Assembly: GCA_951406725.2 (NCBI GenBank)
Contig: OX597815.1
Coordinates: 181,412,001-181,476,000, forward strand
DNA from: Octopus vulgaris
Lineage: Eukaryota
Length of the DNA stretch: 64,000 nt
Reading direction: 5' to 3'
In this document: piece by piece, positions 24,552 through 38,460 of the stretch
Layout of the letters: each line of letters opens with the position of its first letter
Position numbering within the stretch: position 1 is the first letter of the stretch
Program-made: the position numbers and the translations under genes
Notes under the pieces: generated by a model
The model's input: the letters and a program-made list of their open reading frames with translations, nothing else
Told to the model about the DNA's origin: nothing
Databases searched by the model: none

Positions 24552-25934
24552 ATGTTTGTCCACTCATATAAATTCAAAAGCGAGAGTTATGCTAAATGTT
24601 ATTTTACTTCACGATACTTGAGCAACCGTCGTACACCGCATCGTTTTCTAGATTCATACTTTTTGAAAGAAAATGAATAAAATGAAATTGTATTGTAATT
24701 TTGTAATTTGTAATTTTAAAGCTTTTGTAATTTGTAATTTTAAAGCTCAACTCTTGTCTCTCACAGAGTCACGTTTCGTCTGCTTAAGGAATAAATTACA
24801 AAATACTAGGGTATAGGGAATGTGCAGTAATTTACACTATAATGCATTGAGTTCTTAGTTCTGTTGAATGAACAACTGAAACGCGATATAAGATCTGTTT
24901 AAAAGGTATTTCACGTAGATAAGGTGTACTATTATTAATGGTTATGTGCATTGCACAGGAGACTGCTTCAATTCGAGAAAATTCAATGTTTTGGAGGAAA
25001 ATTAATCAGAAATATGATTTTAGAAATTACAATGTTTTTTTTTATTTTGTTTTGTTTAGAATTTCACAAATCGATGTTTTGTACAGGGTTTGTTAATCGC
25101 ATAACAAAGTACAACACTGCGATTTCAATATTAAACCCAATAACCAACCATTTAATCTTTGTCAAAAGGCATTGATTTCAAAACAAAATTTATAACGAAA
25201 TCAAAATTATGATACACATTAAGATCATTATATATTCATTATATTAAACTAATGCAAATTAGCCGAAACGTTTCATTTCGTGTTTAATAAAAATTGCACG
25301 AGAGAAATTGAATCGTTCATGACAATATCATTTGTTTAAACTTTATATTATTTATCAGCGAGGAAAAAGCGAAAAGAGAGAAAAGGAAACAGTGAGAGCA
25401 ACAATGATTATTATTTATTATTTCTTTTTTTCACTTGACTTTCAGCTGCTTTGAACTTTCTGCATCACGTAATTGTTTCACTAAGCATGTTTTTAGTCGG
25501 GATTAAATTGGCTGTGAACAGCCCAATCAACAGGAATCATTCGAGGCGGTGATATTGATGAGAGGATGGTATATTTCCGTTATCAGTTGGTGGATCGTTT
25601 ATTGAGATACTAATTGAAGTGATAAGATCAAGGAACTAAGAGCAGCTAAGGAAATTAATTTTCACTTTTAATAATGCCTTCCTAAATTTGCTACCATAAT
25701 ATCTGATGTTTGAGAACGGTGAAGAAATTCATGAATTAGTTCATGACAAAACGTCTTTTATCAATGCAGGAAATTAAAAGTTTTCCCTGAACTCTTTAAA
25801 AAAAAATCATAATTATTGGAAAAAGAGGAGGAAAATGTAAAAGTAAAATGAAAGAAGTAAATGGTTTAACATGATGTATCTGCAATAATTCAAAAGCAAA
25901 AGAACGTGTCTAAATATTGATGAAAGATGAAAAT

Positions 25935-25985
<51 letters not shown>

Positions 25986-26166
25986 AAAGAGATAGAGAGA
26001 GGGAGAAAGTTAGATAAACAGAATGAAAAAGTAAGAGAAAGAGAGAAAGGTGGACGTGAAAGCGGGAGGAGAGCGAGAAGGGACTAAAATTGGTATTCTG
26101 TATATGAATCTAAACAGTTTTTAGAGTTGCGTCAGATCAAAAGAAAGCCATCGAATAATTCAAAAC

Positions 26167-26214
<48 letters not shown>

Positions 26215-26593
26215 GGTATGTGTGCGCTTATGTTACTTTACATAATGTGTATGTATGTAATGAGAGTCTATGTATGTGTGAAGAAAAGGTAAGCGAGAGA
26301 AAGAGAAAGATAGCTTGTGGAAAACAGACAAACTTACAAGTGTGACAAACACAAGAAAACAGAAAACGGAGGTATATGAAGAGGAAAACTGTAAAGCTAG
26401 CTCATATGTAACTCGAAAAGAATACTTGAAATAATTTAAACTGAAATTAATTCGCCAGATTTCGTTAATCTTGAATTGCTGACAATTTGAGAGTAATAAC
26501 ATCTAAAGTTGTTACAATTATGAAGCCGCAAACGATAGCTTATAATCGGCCAAACGACCAGCTGCAACCCACTGTTTCATTGTTTCAAATATA

Positions 26594-27129
26594 TTCCTTT
26601 ACTGCCCACAAGGGGTTAAACATAGAGGGGACAAACAAGCACAGACAAACGGATTAAGTCGATTACATCAACCCCAGTGCGAAACTGGTCCTTTAGTTAT
26701 CGACCCTGAAAGGATGAAAGGCAAAGTCGACCTCGGCGGAATTTGAACTCAGAACGTAGCGGCAGACGAAATACTGCTAAACATTTCGCCCGGCGAGCGA
26801 ACGTTTCTGCTAGCTCGCCGCCCTACAGATGGAAATATATAGCTTATATGCTGTAGCGGACTGGGTCTAAAAATATTGGTTGGCGGGAGACTAAGTGGGG
26901 CGGCCACCCACAACTACAATGCTATCTTTTATTTATTTATTTTTGTTAAAAGTATTCTTTTCAATTGTCTGCAAACACAGCCAGGCTGAAATAATCCTTT
27001 AGTTATCGACCCTGAAAGGATGAAAAGCAAAGTCGACCTCGGCGGAATTTGAACTCAGAACGTAGCGGCAGACAAAATACCGCTAAGCATTTCGCCCGAC
27101 GCGCTAACGTTTCTGCCAGCTCGCCGCCT
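26594..27129 (-). mobile_element. Composite: SINE A (26594-26822), spacer, hAT-MITE fragment (26851-26995), SINE A head (26996-27129) inside one 19-bp TSD
   Basis: TSD TTTCATTGTTTCAAATATA at 26575-26593 and 27130-27148. Confidence 0.85.
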
Positions 27130-27614
27130 TTTCATTGTTTCAAATATACTAGCGTTCTGTCTATCTTCGGACTATAGGGTATAATCTAAGATGTGGCTCA
27201 TCGTATGCGTACAGCGTGTAGAAATCCGGACGTATTCTACAGTCTTCATTATAGAGGATACTTCTGTGCGCCTGTTGCTGTTTAATCGCAGGTCAGTTCA
27301 GAAGGGACACATCTATGATGAAAAGCATTTCAACAATGACCACAAATTTTGTTATAGAAGCAGTTATGAATATCTATCCAACGTGTCTTATCCTAAGATG
27401 AAGTGGCTTGATTTAAAAGTCATTTGGTTGCTATTTCTAAGAGATCGAGCGAGCACGTAGAGGATCCCTTTGCCTGCATATTGAAAATAAATAACGTGAT
27501 ATCAAACTGAGTTCAAGAGTTGCTATTCCTGTATACATATCATTGGTGGTGTATACTTTAGCACTTTGGGGCTAAAGAGACTCAACGATGTTGCTTCTAT
27601 TTGTATCTTTTTAC

Positions 27615-27820
27615 CTTTTACTTTTACTTGTTTCAGTCATTTGACTGCGGCCATGCTGGAGCACCGCCTTTTAGTCGAGCACATCGACCCCAGGACTTAT
27701 TCTTTGTAAGCCTAGTACTTATCCGATCGGTCTATTTTGCCGAACCGCTAAGTAACGGGGACGTAAACACACCAGCATCGGTTGTCAAGTGATGTTGGGG
27801 AGACAAACACAGACACACAA

Positions 27821-27855
<35 letters not shown>

Positions 27856-28028
27856 CATATATATACGACGGGCTTCTTTCAGTTTCCGTCTACCAAATCC
27901 ACTCACAAGGCTTTGGTCGGCCCGAGGCTATAGTAGAAGACACTTGCCCAAGGTGCCACGCAGTGGGACTGAACCCGGAACTGTGTGGTTGGTAAGCAAG
28001 CTACTTACCACACAGCCACTCCTGCGCC
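27615..28028 (-). mobile_element. SINE family B (tRNA head, CORE-like CCTTGGGCAAGTG motif), full length
   Basis: Reverse complement GGCGCAGGAGTGGCTGTGTGGT..GGGTTCAGTCCC..ACCTTGGGCAAGTGTC; internal TA/TG tract. Confidence 0.9.
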
Positions 28029-28649
28029 TGTTTAATGTTTGCTTGGCCTTTGAAGAGAGACAGCGTTTATAAGATTATATTGTATTTTGTAAATGTTTTT
28101 TGGGAGGAAGTAATTGGCCAGGTAACAGAGGGAACTACAGGAGCTAGAACATGTTGTGACATCCATCTTTGGTGATCTGTGTATAACTTGTGAAGATGCA
28201 AAGTGCGATATTGCTGACATGGTTGTTTATCCCTCAGTCAGCTCTGATTGAATTAAGCTATGATCGAAGGTGTTCTGGCAACAGTCAGCTCTTCATTTTT
28301 GTATATATAGGAACACGTTGTCGAAAACGTCATGATGGAAGAAGACCTTTATTTCAAGGAATTCATTTGCGATTTCCCGGACGCTAAACAATAGAATAAA
28401 TGTACCATCTTGTGCTTTATGGCTGAAACACATGTGACAGAGATCCATCCATCGACAGCTGTACAGCCACAAATACAGCATCCACAACCAAATGGTGATT
28501 GTAGAATACTAATAAAATATAATGAGCGTGACAACACGAAATTCGTCTCTAGATATTGCAACAGAATATTCTGAAATTTCTAGAATCTTTTTAATAAACT
28601 ACAGTACCAAAGATAGCTTGAAACGAAGATTTCTCGTTAGTCGCATAAT

Positions 28650-28810
28650 GCACACACACACACACTCACATATGCATACATACATACATACATACATACA
28701 TACATACATACATACATACATACATACATACATACATACATACATACATACATACATGCATACATACATACATACATACATACATGCATACATACATGCA
28801 TACATACATG

Positions 28811-28886
<76 letters not shown>
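28650..28886. repeat. (CATA)n(CA)n(TA)n
   Basis: Directly visible. Confidence 0.95.
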
Positions 28887-28888
<2 letters not shown>

Positions 28889-29055
28889 CCCCGAAGTGGC
28901 TGTGTGGTAAGAAGCTTGCTGTCCAGTCACATGGTTCCGAGTTCAACCCCACTGCGTGCCTTGGACGAGTGTTTTCTACTATATCCTCGGGCCAACCAAA
29001 GCCTTGTGAGTGGATTTGTTAGACGGAAACTGAAAGAAGCCCGTCGTATATATAT

Positions 29056-29089
<34 letters not shown>

Positions 29090-29293
29090 CTGTGTTTGTC
29101 CCTCCACCCCTATCGCTTGACAACCGATGATGTTGTGTTTACATCCCCGTAACTTAGCGGTGCGGCAAAAGTGACCGATAGAACAAGTACTAGGCTTACA
29201 AAAAACAAGTCCTGGGATCGATTTGCTCCACTAAAAGTGGTACGCCAGTATGGCCGCAAGTCAAATGACTGAAACAAGTAAAAGAATAAAAGA
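28887..29293 (+). mobile_element. SINE family B, full length
   Basis: Matches 27615-28028 in the opposite orientation. Confidence 0.9.
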
Positions 29294-29676
29294 ATATATA
29301 TGTATATATATATACGTACGTACGTACGTACGTACGTATGTACGTATGTATGTATGTATGTATGTATGTATGTATGTATGTATGTATGTATGTATGTATG
29401 TATGTATGTATGTATGTATGTATGTATGTATGTATGTGTGTATGTATGTCTAAACATTGTTTAAGACAAATGTCTTGTAAAATAAATTTAAGACTTAAAA
29501 TATGTTATTGCTTGAAGGGAAACAAAAATGAGTGAAATGTTTATTTTTCAGCGGAGTCGCTATAATTATCGATGTACGTATGTATGTATGTATGTATGTA
29601 TATGTATGTATGTATATGTATGTTGTATGTATGTATGTATGAGTGTGTGTATGTGTGTGTATGTGTGTGTGTGTGT

Positions 29677-29717
<41 letters not shown>

Positions 29718-30322
29718 GTTTTAAATTCCTTGTAGCGTTATCAGTAAATACCAAGCAGGAGTTAATTAAGTTTCATAAAAAAAAAACACACACACACACA
29801 AAAGAAACAAGAAGAAGCAAAGGTTCTTTGATCGAATGAATGACACTTGATTTAGGAAACAAAAATTTTCAAGTGACAATTCTGCAATTATTTAGATGTT
29901 TTTCTGGCATGTTATAACCAGGGGTACATTTGAAAGTAGGATATTTAAAGATAATGTTTAAAATACTTTGTTTTGTTAAGGATTTCAGTAAGAAGCTCCT
30001 TAATCAAAGAATAAAATGCTCAATATTAAAATCTCTAGATTGCTTAAAATGAAGTATTATAATGAAAAGAAAAATCAATTAGTTCTGTGTTTTATAACCG
30101 AAGGAAAATTTTCCCTTTTATTCTTTAAATTTCACGGACGTAAACTTATTAGCATTATTTGTCAGAAATTTCTAATTTCTAATAAACTTTCAACTAAATA
30201 GAATTTAAGTAGAATCTCCTCAACAAGACAAATAGACGGGTTATATTTAGAACAACGTTGCGATCCTTTAGTGCGAAATAAAACAGTAATGTATGCATAT
30301 ATATATATACATATATATATAT

Positions 30323-30797
30323 AAGAATTTTTTGCGTAATAAAAAAACCAAGGCCGTATAGATATTAGAGCATTTGTAGGTAGAATGTCTTACAGCTGTT
30401 TCTAGGATATTAATTAATAATATCCCTTCATCGGAGATGGTGTGAGAGGAAAAATTAAGTCATAGTTAGTTTCGATGTGATACAAATAGGGAGTGAGGTG
30501 GAGGAAAGAAAATAGATTAAATAAATTTTCCTCTCACACCGTCTCCGATGAAGGGATATTATTAATTAATATCCTAGAAACAGCTGTAAAACCTTCTATC
30601 TATAAATGCTCTAATATCTATACAGCCTTGGTTTTTTATCGTATTGCGCAAAAAATTCTTATATACACACGTTGACACAGAACCAACGTTGGACCCTTTA
30701 TTCGCAATATTACCGAATCTGTAAATTAACTATGGTCTGTCTATAGCACTTATTCAGCATTACCTGACACCTTTCGGTCTCAATGACACCATTATCT

Positions 30798-30800
<3 letters not shown>
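30323..30800. mobile_element. Palindrome+tail HHR element between (TA)n tracts
   Basis: Arms ~30323-30452 and ~30526-30660; tail to 30800; HHR folds at 30387-30438 (-) and 30541-30592 (+). Confidence 0.85.
30541..30592 (+). ncRNA. Minimal HHR fold with CCGAUGA core
   Basis: GTCT CCGATGA A GGGATATT ATTAATT AATATCCT A GAA ACAGCTGT A AAAC. Confidence 0.6.
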
Positions 30801-30839
<39 letters not shown>

Positions 30840-30842
<3 letters not shown>

Positions 30843-31276
30843 AAATGCAGGGTTATGAGGAGTTTTTTAAGGACATTTATAAAGGAAATAGTCTTACAGC
30901 TGTTTCTGGGATATTATGGATATCCCTTCATCAGAGACGGTGTGAGAAGGTTAAATCGAGGAAGTATTTCCTCAATTTAATTTTCTCACTACAAGTATCA
31001 CATCAATTTAACCTTCTCACACCGTATCTGATGAAGGGATATCCATGATATCCCAGAAATAACTGTAAGACTATTTCCTTATAAATGTCCTGAAAATTCC
31101 TCACAGCCTTGGCTTTCTTATCTCATTTTGTCTAATATATATATATGCATGCTAATACAGACCCACATTAGACTCCTCACTCGTATCACTAGCGAGCCAA
31201 GAGTTTAACTACGATCTGTCCATATATCACTTACTTAGCATTACCTGACACGCTTTGGGTCTTCTAGATACCAATA

Positions 31277-31284
<8 letters not shown>
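30840..31284. mobile_element. Second, related palindrome+tail HHR element between (TA)n tracts
   Basis: Arms ~30850-30956 and ~31006-31110; tail homologous to 30661-30800. Confidence 0.85.
30891..30938 (-). ncRNA. Minimal type-I hammerhead ribozyme, intact core
   Basis: GTCT CTGATGA A GGGATAT CCATA ATATCCC A GAA ACAGCTGT A AGAC; palindromic stem III, GUA site; decayed mirror copy at 31024-31071 (+). Confidence 0.85.
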
Positions 31285-31337
<53 letters not shown>

Positions 31338-32001
31338 AAGCTAATGAAAAAATGAAGAAGAAAAAATATAAGGTGGATACTTGGATAAATTTATTAGTAT
31401 CTAAATTTATAGCTTACTCAAAACTAAGTGATTTCTTCTTCACAATATAGCAACATTCAAGGCAGTGTACTTTTAATACATCTAAAATGATGCTTTGTGC
31501 TATTTAATTACGTCACGTTAGATTTTGAGTTCAGATTCACCCAGGATTTATTTTGGCTATAAAAAAAAAGTTACAGTAAAATACTGAAGAACATTAATTG
31601 TTTCACCGATGCTAATGGCTATTTATCGGAGAAGTGAAATATCGACGGTCTTGTTATTCGGCCAATATTAAAATATTGTTACTCAACTCAGAGCAACTCT
31701 TCCCTAATCAAATCTTTGCTACACTTCTTTATCAAACCCGTTGCAAGTCCTTGTTTGTCAGCTAGCTAGAGACCAGTGACTGAAAGGATCAATACAGTAT
31801 CTAAAATAATGTTTTGTGCTATATAATGACGCCACTTTAAATTTTAAATTTGGATCCCACCGTTTAATTTGTCCACCGTTAAAAGAAAAACAGTTACAAT
31901 CAAATACGTAAGATCATTGACTGGATTATCACCCTCTCTGCATTAGAAACCCTTGCTCAAGTCTGTATAGTTTGTAGTTAAATCATTTTTATATTCTAAA
32001 A

Positions 32002-32246
32002 GGCGGCGAGCTGGCAGAAACGTTAGCACGCCGGGCGAAAAGCTTTGTGGTATTTCGTCCGCCATTGCGTTCTGAGTTCAAATTCCGCCGAGGTCGACTT
32101 TACCTTTCATCCATTCGGAATCGATTAAATTAAGTACCAGTTACGCACTGGGAGTCGATGTAATCGGCTTAATCTGTTTGTCTGTCCTTGTTTGTCTCCT
32201 CTATGTTTAGCCCCTTGTGGGCAATAAAAAATTCTAGACAGAGTAG
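32002..32246 (+). mobile_element. SINE family A, full length, 20-bp TSD
   Basis: TSD AAATCATTTTTATATTCTAA at 31980-31999 and 32247-32266. Confidence 0.9.
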
Positions 32247-33178
32247 AAATCATTTTTATATTCTAAGTCGAAAACCTGCTGCATTCTATTTTTACCTTAC
32301 ATCAAATCTAGAATGATGAAGTTAGTACCAGTCATTGACTAGTGCTTGAGTTTCTCGGCTAAACCATAATTGAGTAAATTTTGGTATTGGCATATACCAA
32401 ATTCTGAGTTCTAATCCTGTCGTGACTGGAGTTCTGTATCATTTTCCGAGGCCAGCATAATAAATAACGCTAAAACACCTTACCCAATCCAATATACGTT
32501 ACTACTTCTCGGAGAATATTGATCATATTCCCGGTGAAATTCAATCATCTTTTTTTTTTATGGCAGCAAATGCATTACTGAGCAATATTACACGCATTTT
32601 AAAGAACGCGATAATATCAGATTAGAAGTTGGGAAAAAGTTTTTCCTTTTAAAAATCATTTCGCGAAATAGTCTCATTAATGATGTAGAACACGGAGTAA
32701 CGGCATTACAAATTATAAATTGTTGATAGTGACGCTAGGTAATTTTAATGTTTACGACCAGCAAGTAATAATTCATGCGTTGTATTTTGATATGTTATTT
32801 CAAAATGAATATAAATATATATAAAAAAAAATCAACAACACAATCGTTCTCGAATCTTTCCAATCATTTTACGGTTCAAAAATGCTTCTAAACATGCAAT
32901 TTCCGAAAAACGAAACGCTGAGTCATATTTCCTTGTTTGAGCAAGTGTATAATTACACGCAAATATTTGGAATTTATTTCAGGTTTAATATTTAATGCAA
33001 ATTTGTTATTATTACTGAATTAATTAATACTAATGTTAAAATGATAACAAAGTCAATCAACTTTGCCTTATATCCTTATGGAATCGATAAAATACCAGTC
33101 AAGTATGAAGTCAATACCTTAATTGAATCAATTATTATTATTATTATTATTACTATTATTATTGAGTGAGAGAGCAGT

Positions 33179-33248
<70 letters not shown>

Positions 33249-33274
33249 CATTATTATTATTATCATTATTATTA

Positions 33275-33672
33275 TGGCGAACGAGCAGAATCGTTAGGAC
33301 GCTGGACGAAATACTTAGCGTTATTTCGTCTGCCGTTACGTTCTGAATTCAAATTCTGCCGATTTCGACTTTGCCTTTCATGCTTTCGGAGTCGATAAAT
33401 TAAGTACCAGTTACGCACCACGTCGATATAATCGACTTAATCCGTTGTTTGTCCTTGTTTGTCTCCCTCTGTGTTTAGCCCCTTGTGGGTAGTAAAGAAA
33501 TAGGTATTTCGTCTGCCGCTACGTACTGAGTTTAAATTCCGCTGAAGGCAACTTTACCTTTCATCCTCTCGGGATCAATAAACTAAGTACGAGAAAAAAA
33601 TGGGGGTCGATGTAATCGACTAGTCCCTTGCTCCAAAATTTCAGGCCTTGCGCCTTTAGTAGAAGGGATTAC
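33275..33672 (+). mobile_element. SINE family A dimer (second unit with a variant tail) embedded in (ATT)n
   Basis: Family A body twice; (ATT)n at 33133-33273 and 33676-33769. Confidence 0.8.
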
Positions 33673-33674
33673 TA

Positions 33675-33723
<49 letters not shown>

Positions 33724-33736
33724 ATTATTATTATTA

Positions 33737-33769
<33 letters not shown>

Positions 33770-34250
33770 GAGTGAGAGAGCAGTGCATGCCATCAGAGTG
33801 ACACTGGGATAAAATATACGAAGCCCAGTGCACCCATCATGACTACCCGTCTTATAAGGGTACACTAAGCAAATGTACATGCATCACAGCCATATGTGCG
33901 CGACGTGGTGATCTCATATCAAGATAAACAGCACATGACCTTGCAGGTGGGGCTCAGTTAGAATTTTCTTCGGATCGAGTAACCCACTCCGCTCAAAGGG
34001 TCCTTCAATAAGAGTTGTTTAAGGATGTTGAATCAAACATCCATGTTTCCAAAAGTGAATTACTCAAACCCCAAAGAATCCCTCTCAGCACATGGCCATA
34101 ATGCTCCCCTACTACTTCTGCTCGTGATCACATGTCGTCAGCCACTAAGGGACATGCTTAACTGTTTAAAGTTAAACAACTGACTAGCGAGTCTGTGGTA
34201 TTGAGCAAAACATTTGCTGTAGCTCATATTTTATACCAAGACAAGGTAAT
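33770..34250 (-). mobile_element. Non-coding retro-element 3' region ending in (TAA)n
   Basis: Higher-GC block abutting the (ATT)n tail and the R4-like ORF; terminal GAGTGAGAGAGCAG also present at 33163. Confidence 0.5.
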
Positions 34251-34254
34251 GTAT

Positions 34255-36285
34255 TATGGTCACAGGGTATGCTTATGTCAATCAATAAACAGACTTTATT
34301 GTTTTGATATTTCACAATATCAAGTTTATTTGCTTTGACAATCCGGTCAATACATACTGGAAAGTCCCAGAGAATCGTTACCTTTTCTCACTCAGCTACA
34401 GCCTCAGGGTGGTGCTTGTACCATTTGTCAGCAGTTTTGATTGTATAATGCTGACACATTATCCAAAGTAGATATTGGCAAACTGTGTTATGTCTTGATT
34501 TGTGCTCTACAGGTGCTAAAACCTTACATCCAGAGATTAGGTGGTCCACTGTTTCAATCCCATCTTTGGAGTATCGGCACTTTGGGTCTACATTTTTCAT
34601 CACATTGGCTTGATAGTTCCAGGTCAACAAGCTCTGATTTTAGGTAGCCAAGATAAAGCCGTCACTCTCTTCCTTTAGCCCCGAGCTCCATAGCCATTGA
34701 TGGGAATGCTTCTGGTCTACATCATCTTGTTTGCTACAGGCCATTTATTTACCATACAGAGGTTTTTGTTCCCAGCTATCAGCCAATTGTTCAAGCGCAT
34801 TTTGCTTTGCTATTGATTTCACCTTCTTTTCAACTAAATTTGTTGCACTTCCATTATGCTGTTTAACCTGAGTATTGTGCATAAACTCACTTTAAAATGC
34901 TTTGCTCTCCTTCATAACAGAATGAAGCTTCATATGTGTTTTATCGTTTTCAACGAGTTTTAGCATTCAGTCGTTAGATGCTTCAAGATATTTTACCAGT
35001 CCAATTTTGGTGGTTTTATAGGAGATTTCAAATTGGATCAAGCCTCGACCGCCTTGAGCTGTGGGTAGGTAAAGACGATCTGCGTCGGCTTTTGGGTGGT
35101 GCATCTTATTGCAAGTCAGCAGCTTACGGATTTTCCTGTCAATCTTACTTATTTCGTTGATATTCCAGTCCAGCACATTGGAACTGTAAATAACAACCGG
35201 AACTGCTAAGGAATTTATAGCTAACACCTTGTTACACGCATTTAACTCGGATTTTAGGACTGCTCGAACTCTCCTGCAACATTCCTTCTTGATCTTCCCT
35301 TTCATGCTTGCATGCTGAATGCCAGAGCCCTTATTTATTCCGAGGTATTTGTAAGTTTGTTCCTGCTCGAGTTCTCTTATAACTGTGTAAACATCTAACA
35401 CCATTGAATATGAGGTCTTCAATTTCCCTTTCTGAAAAGTGGCCTTGGCACATTTATTAAGATCAAATTTCATCCCGATGTCCTCACTGAATGCTTTCAC
35501 ACTAAGTAGTAGGCCTTCAAGCTCATTATCATCTTTGCTGTACAGTTTTACCTTGTCGCACATTTTATATCCATACTCTGCTCTGTTAAGTTCACTTGTA
35601 AGGGGTATTAGGGCTATGCAGGAAATTAAAGGTGAAAGTGAGTCACCTTGGAAAATGCCGCAATTGATGTTAATATTTTTTGTGGTAAGTACTCTACCAG
35701 AGTGCTATAATTGCATAATTGGAGATTCGTATTCCAAATTGACATGTACTTCAGGAAGTTTGAAATCACAGCAGAGACTTTGAAGATATGCAGCGATTTA
35801 AGATCTATGAATGCAGTATGCTGTCAAAAGACTTTTTCATAATCAATCCATGCGGAACTGAAGTTTCTGCGTTTGACATAACATTTCTCAAGGATAATGC
35901 GATTTATTAAGTGTTTATCTTCGCATTCATATAAGCCTTGTCGATATCCTTTTTGTTCAGTGGGGAAAATATCGTTCTGTTCCATCAATTTGTGTTTTCT
36001 CCACGAGGAGGGATGTTAAAATTTTATACGTGGTAGATAGACATGTTATGGGCCAATAGTTTTGAGGAAATTTCGCTTCATTATACTTCGGTGTTTTTGT
36101 AGGATCTCCCATAATTTCATTGAATAACTGGACTAACTTTTCATGTCACACGAGAGCGATGCAAGCCAGAAATTTGGTCCCCTATCATTACCAGGGGCTT
36201 TCCACTTACGAACCTTCGTGAGTGTTATCCTTAGGTCTGCTACTGTGATCTCTTCCCATGCTTATTCTGGTCAGCTTTGGTAGGA
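34255..36285 (-). mobile_element. Decayed R4/Dong-type non-LTR retrotransposon (RT + CCHC + REL endonuclease start)
   Basis: PITCLSTTYKILTS, AWIDYEK, GIFQGDSLSPL, DIGMKFDLNKCAK, YKYLGI, DRLYLP..GGRGL, CR..ETVDHLISGC..RHN, LLIDISIP; stops and frameshifts. Confidence 0.9.
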
Positions 36286-36713
36286 TCATAATTATACATA
36301 TTTATACATACGATACAAACCCAATCCACGGTGCATATGAAAATGTTTACGATTATAGAGCCATTTGGCGTCTTCTTCTAGCATGAGGCATTACTCAGCA
36401 TTTGGTTTTATAACTTTATAATTATATTTCTAAAATTAAATACTTCGTATTAATTTCTGCCTAAATGGGTTTTTTACATGCTAGCTTCTTGGTAAAATCC
36501 GATACAGATTTTATGCTTGATTATAATGATAAATATGAATTCACTCGAACCAAAGTTTTTCGCTGCTGAATATTTTTTGGTTATTCACACGTGGCTGAGA
36601 TGAACGAACTAGATTTAACTTGTATATAAATGGTTTTTTACATGCTAGCTACTTGATAAAATCCTATATAGATTTTATCATTGAATATAATGATATGCAT
36701 ACATATATATACA

Positions 36714-36756
<43 letters not shown>

Positions 36757-36991
36757 TAAATTAGAGATAAAACCACTATTAGGCAAATCAAACAATGAAA
36801 AACATAAACCAAAACATAAAAATAAAAATAATTAATATAATATACAAAATATATAAAATATAAATTTAAAAAATTTAAATTATTTAAATTTAAAATTGAA
36901 ATTATTAATTTATATTTATAAATTTCTAAATTTTTATTTATTTATTTATTTATTTTTTAACTTTTTAAATTAATTAATTAATTAATATATG

Positions 36992-37052
<61 letters not shown>

Positions 37053-37588
37053 TACATATATACATACATGTGTGTGTGTGTACGTGTGTGTACACACGTA
37101 TATTGATTGTGGTAACGACTTCTGCAAGAACACAGAGAAATTCTTGTTTTTATGCAATTTTTCCTCAAAAATAATTATGGGATAGGAAATCTTGTAACTT
37201 ACCAATTACAATTTCAGTGTAAATACAATAAGTGTAAATATAAGAAGATCCAAGATATTTTGTCCTGTAACTACATATGTTAATTCCAACATACATTGGT
37301 AAATAGCATTGAATATCAAAAAGATACAAATAATGAAATATAATTTGTCGGAATATTTCTTTGGTCGTGTATTCAAACATTAATTTATAAACGATACCGA
37401 GAAAAACATATTTTTAAATATCACAATTAATCATAGAAAAAATCATACACAGAAAGATAATGTACATACATAAATACACACATATATACATACAGACATA
37501 CATTTATACGCATAAATACACATTCACACACATGTATTTGTATGCATGTATATGCGTATAAGTGTCTACGTGTACATATATGTATGTT

Positions 37589-37642
<54 letters not shown>

Positions 37643-38460
37643 TGTATGTATGTATGTATGTATGTATGTATGTATGTATATATGTATGTATGTATGTATG
37701 TATGTACATGTATATATACACATACATAATGATGTTTTGGGTGTATATGTAAGTGCGGATAAAGAGAAAATATGAGAAGAGATAACGAGAAAATGAGAGA
37801 CAATGAAACTCAATCTAAAATGATATATTTGATAAATGACAAATATCACGGAAAAATCATAATGAAAAGATGAGCGAGTGAATCAAAATGACCATTAACT
37901 ATACTTTAATGGTAATTAATTGTGAAATCTGTCAGGAATTTCTTATATTGTATCTAAAATCATGATTTAATTGTCATAACGTGTTCTTAAAATATTATTT
38001 TCAGCGATGTGATACGTTATTTTAGAAACTTAAGAATGTTTTATTGTTCACACTAAGAGAAATTGTGTATCAATGGAATATTGTGAATAGAATCAGATTA
38101 AACACACAATACATCTTGATAGATCACAGCGAACTGAAAACTTCATATATATTTATTAGATATTTTAAGAACCAAAATGTTCATTAATGTTGATAAGTAT
38201 AAAAACGATATAGAAAAACTTGACAGAAAAACTAGAAAATTGTTGACAATGTATTGGAAACTGATATCACTCAGTTGTACTTGAGGAGAGACCAAGGTAG
38301 AAGAGGCTTAATACAAAACCATGTCCAGACTTGTGCCTCAAAGGGGAACTTTCTAGGTGCAATCCAATGGTCATTCATGACCGACGGGGGTCTTTACCCA
38401 TAGGTGTTGTTATTCAAATCCCTTTATTCTTGAGTAACTTCTTATAAATAAACCAACAGA

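Noticed and set aside
31470-31920. Apparent direct repeat (31475-31590 vs 31790-31920)
   Set aside because: Most likely two heavily decayed SINE A-like copies; too degraded to annotate
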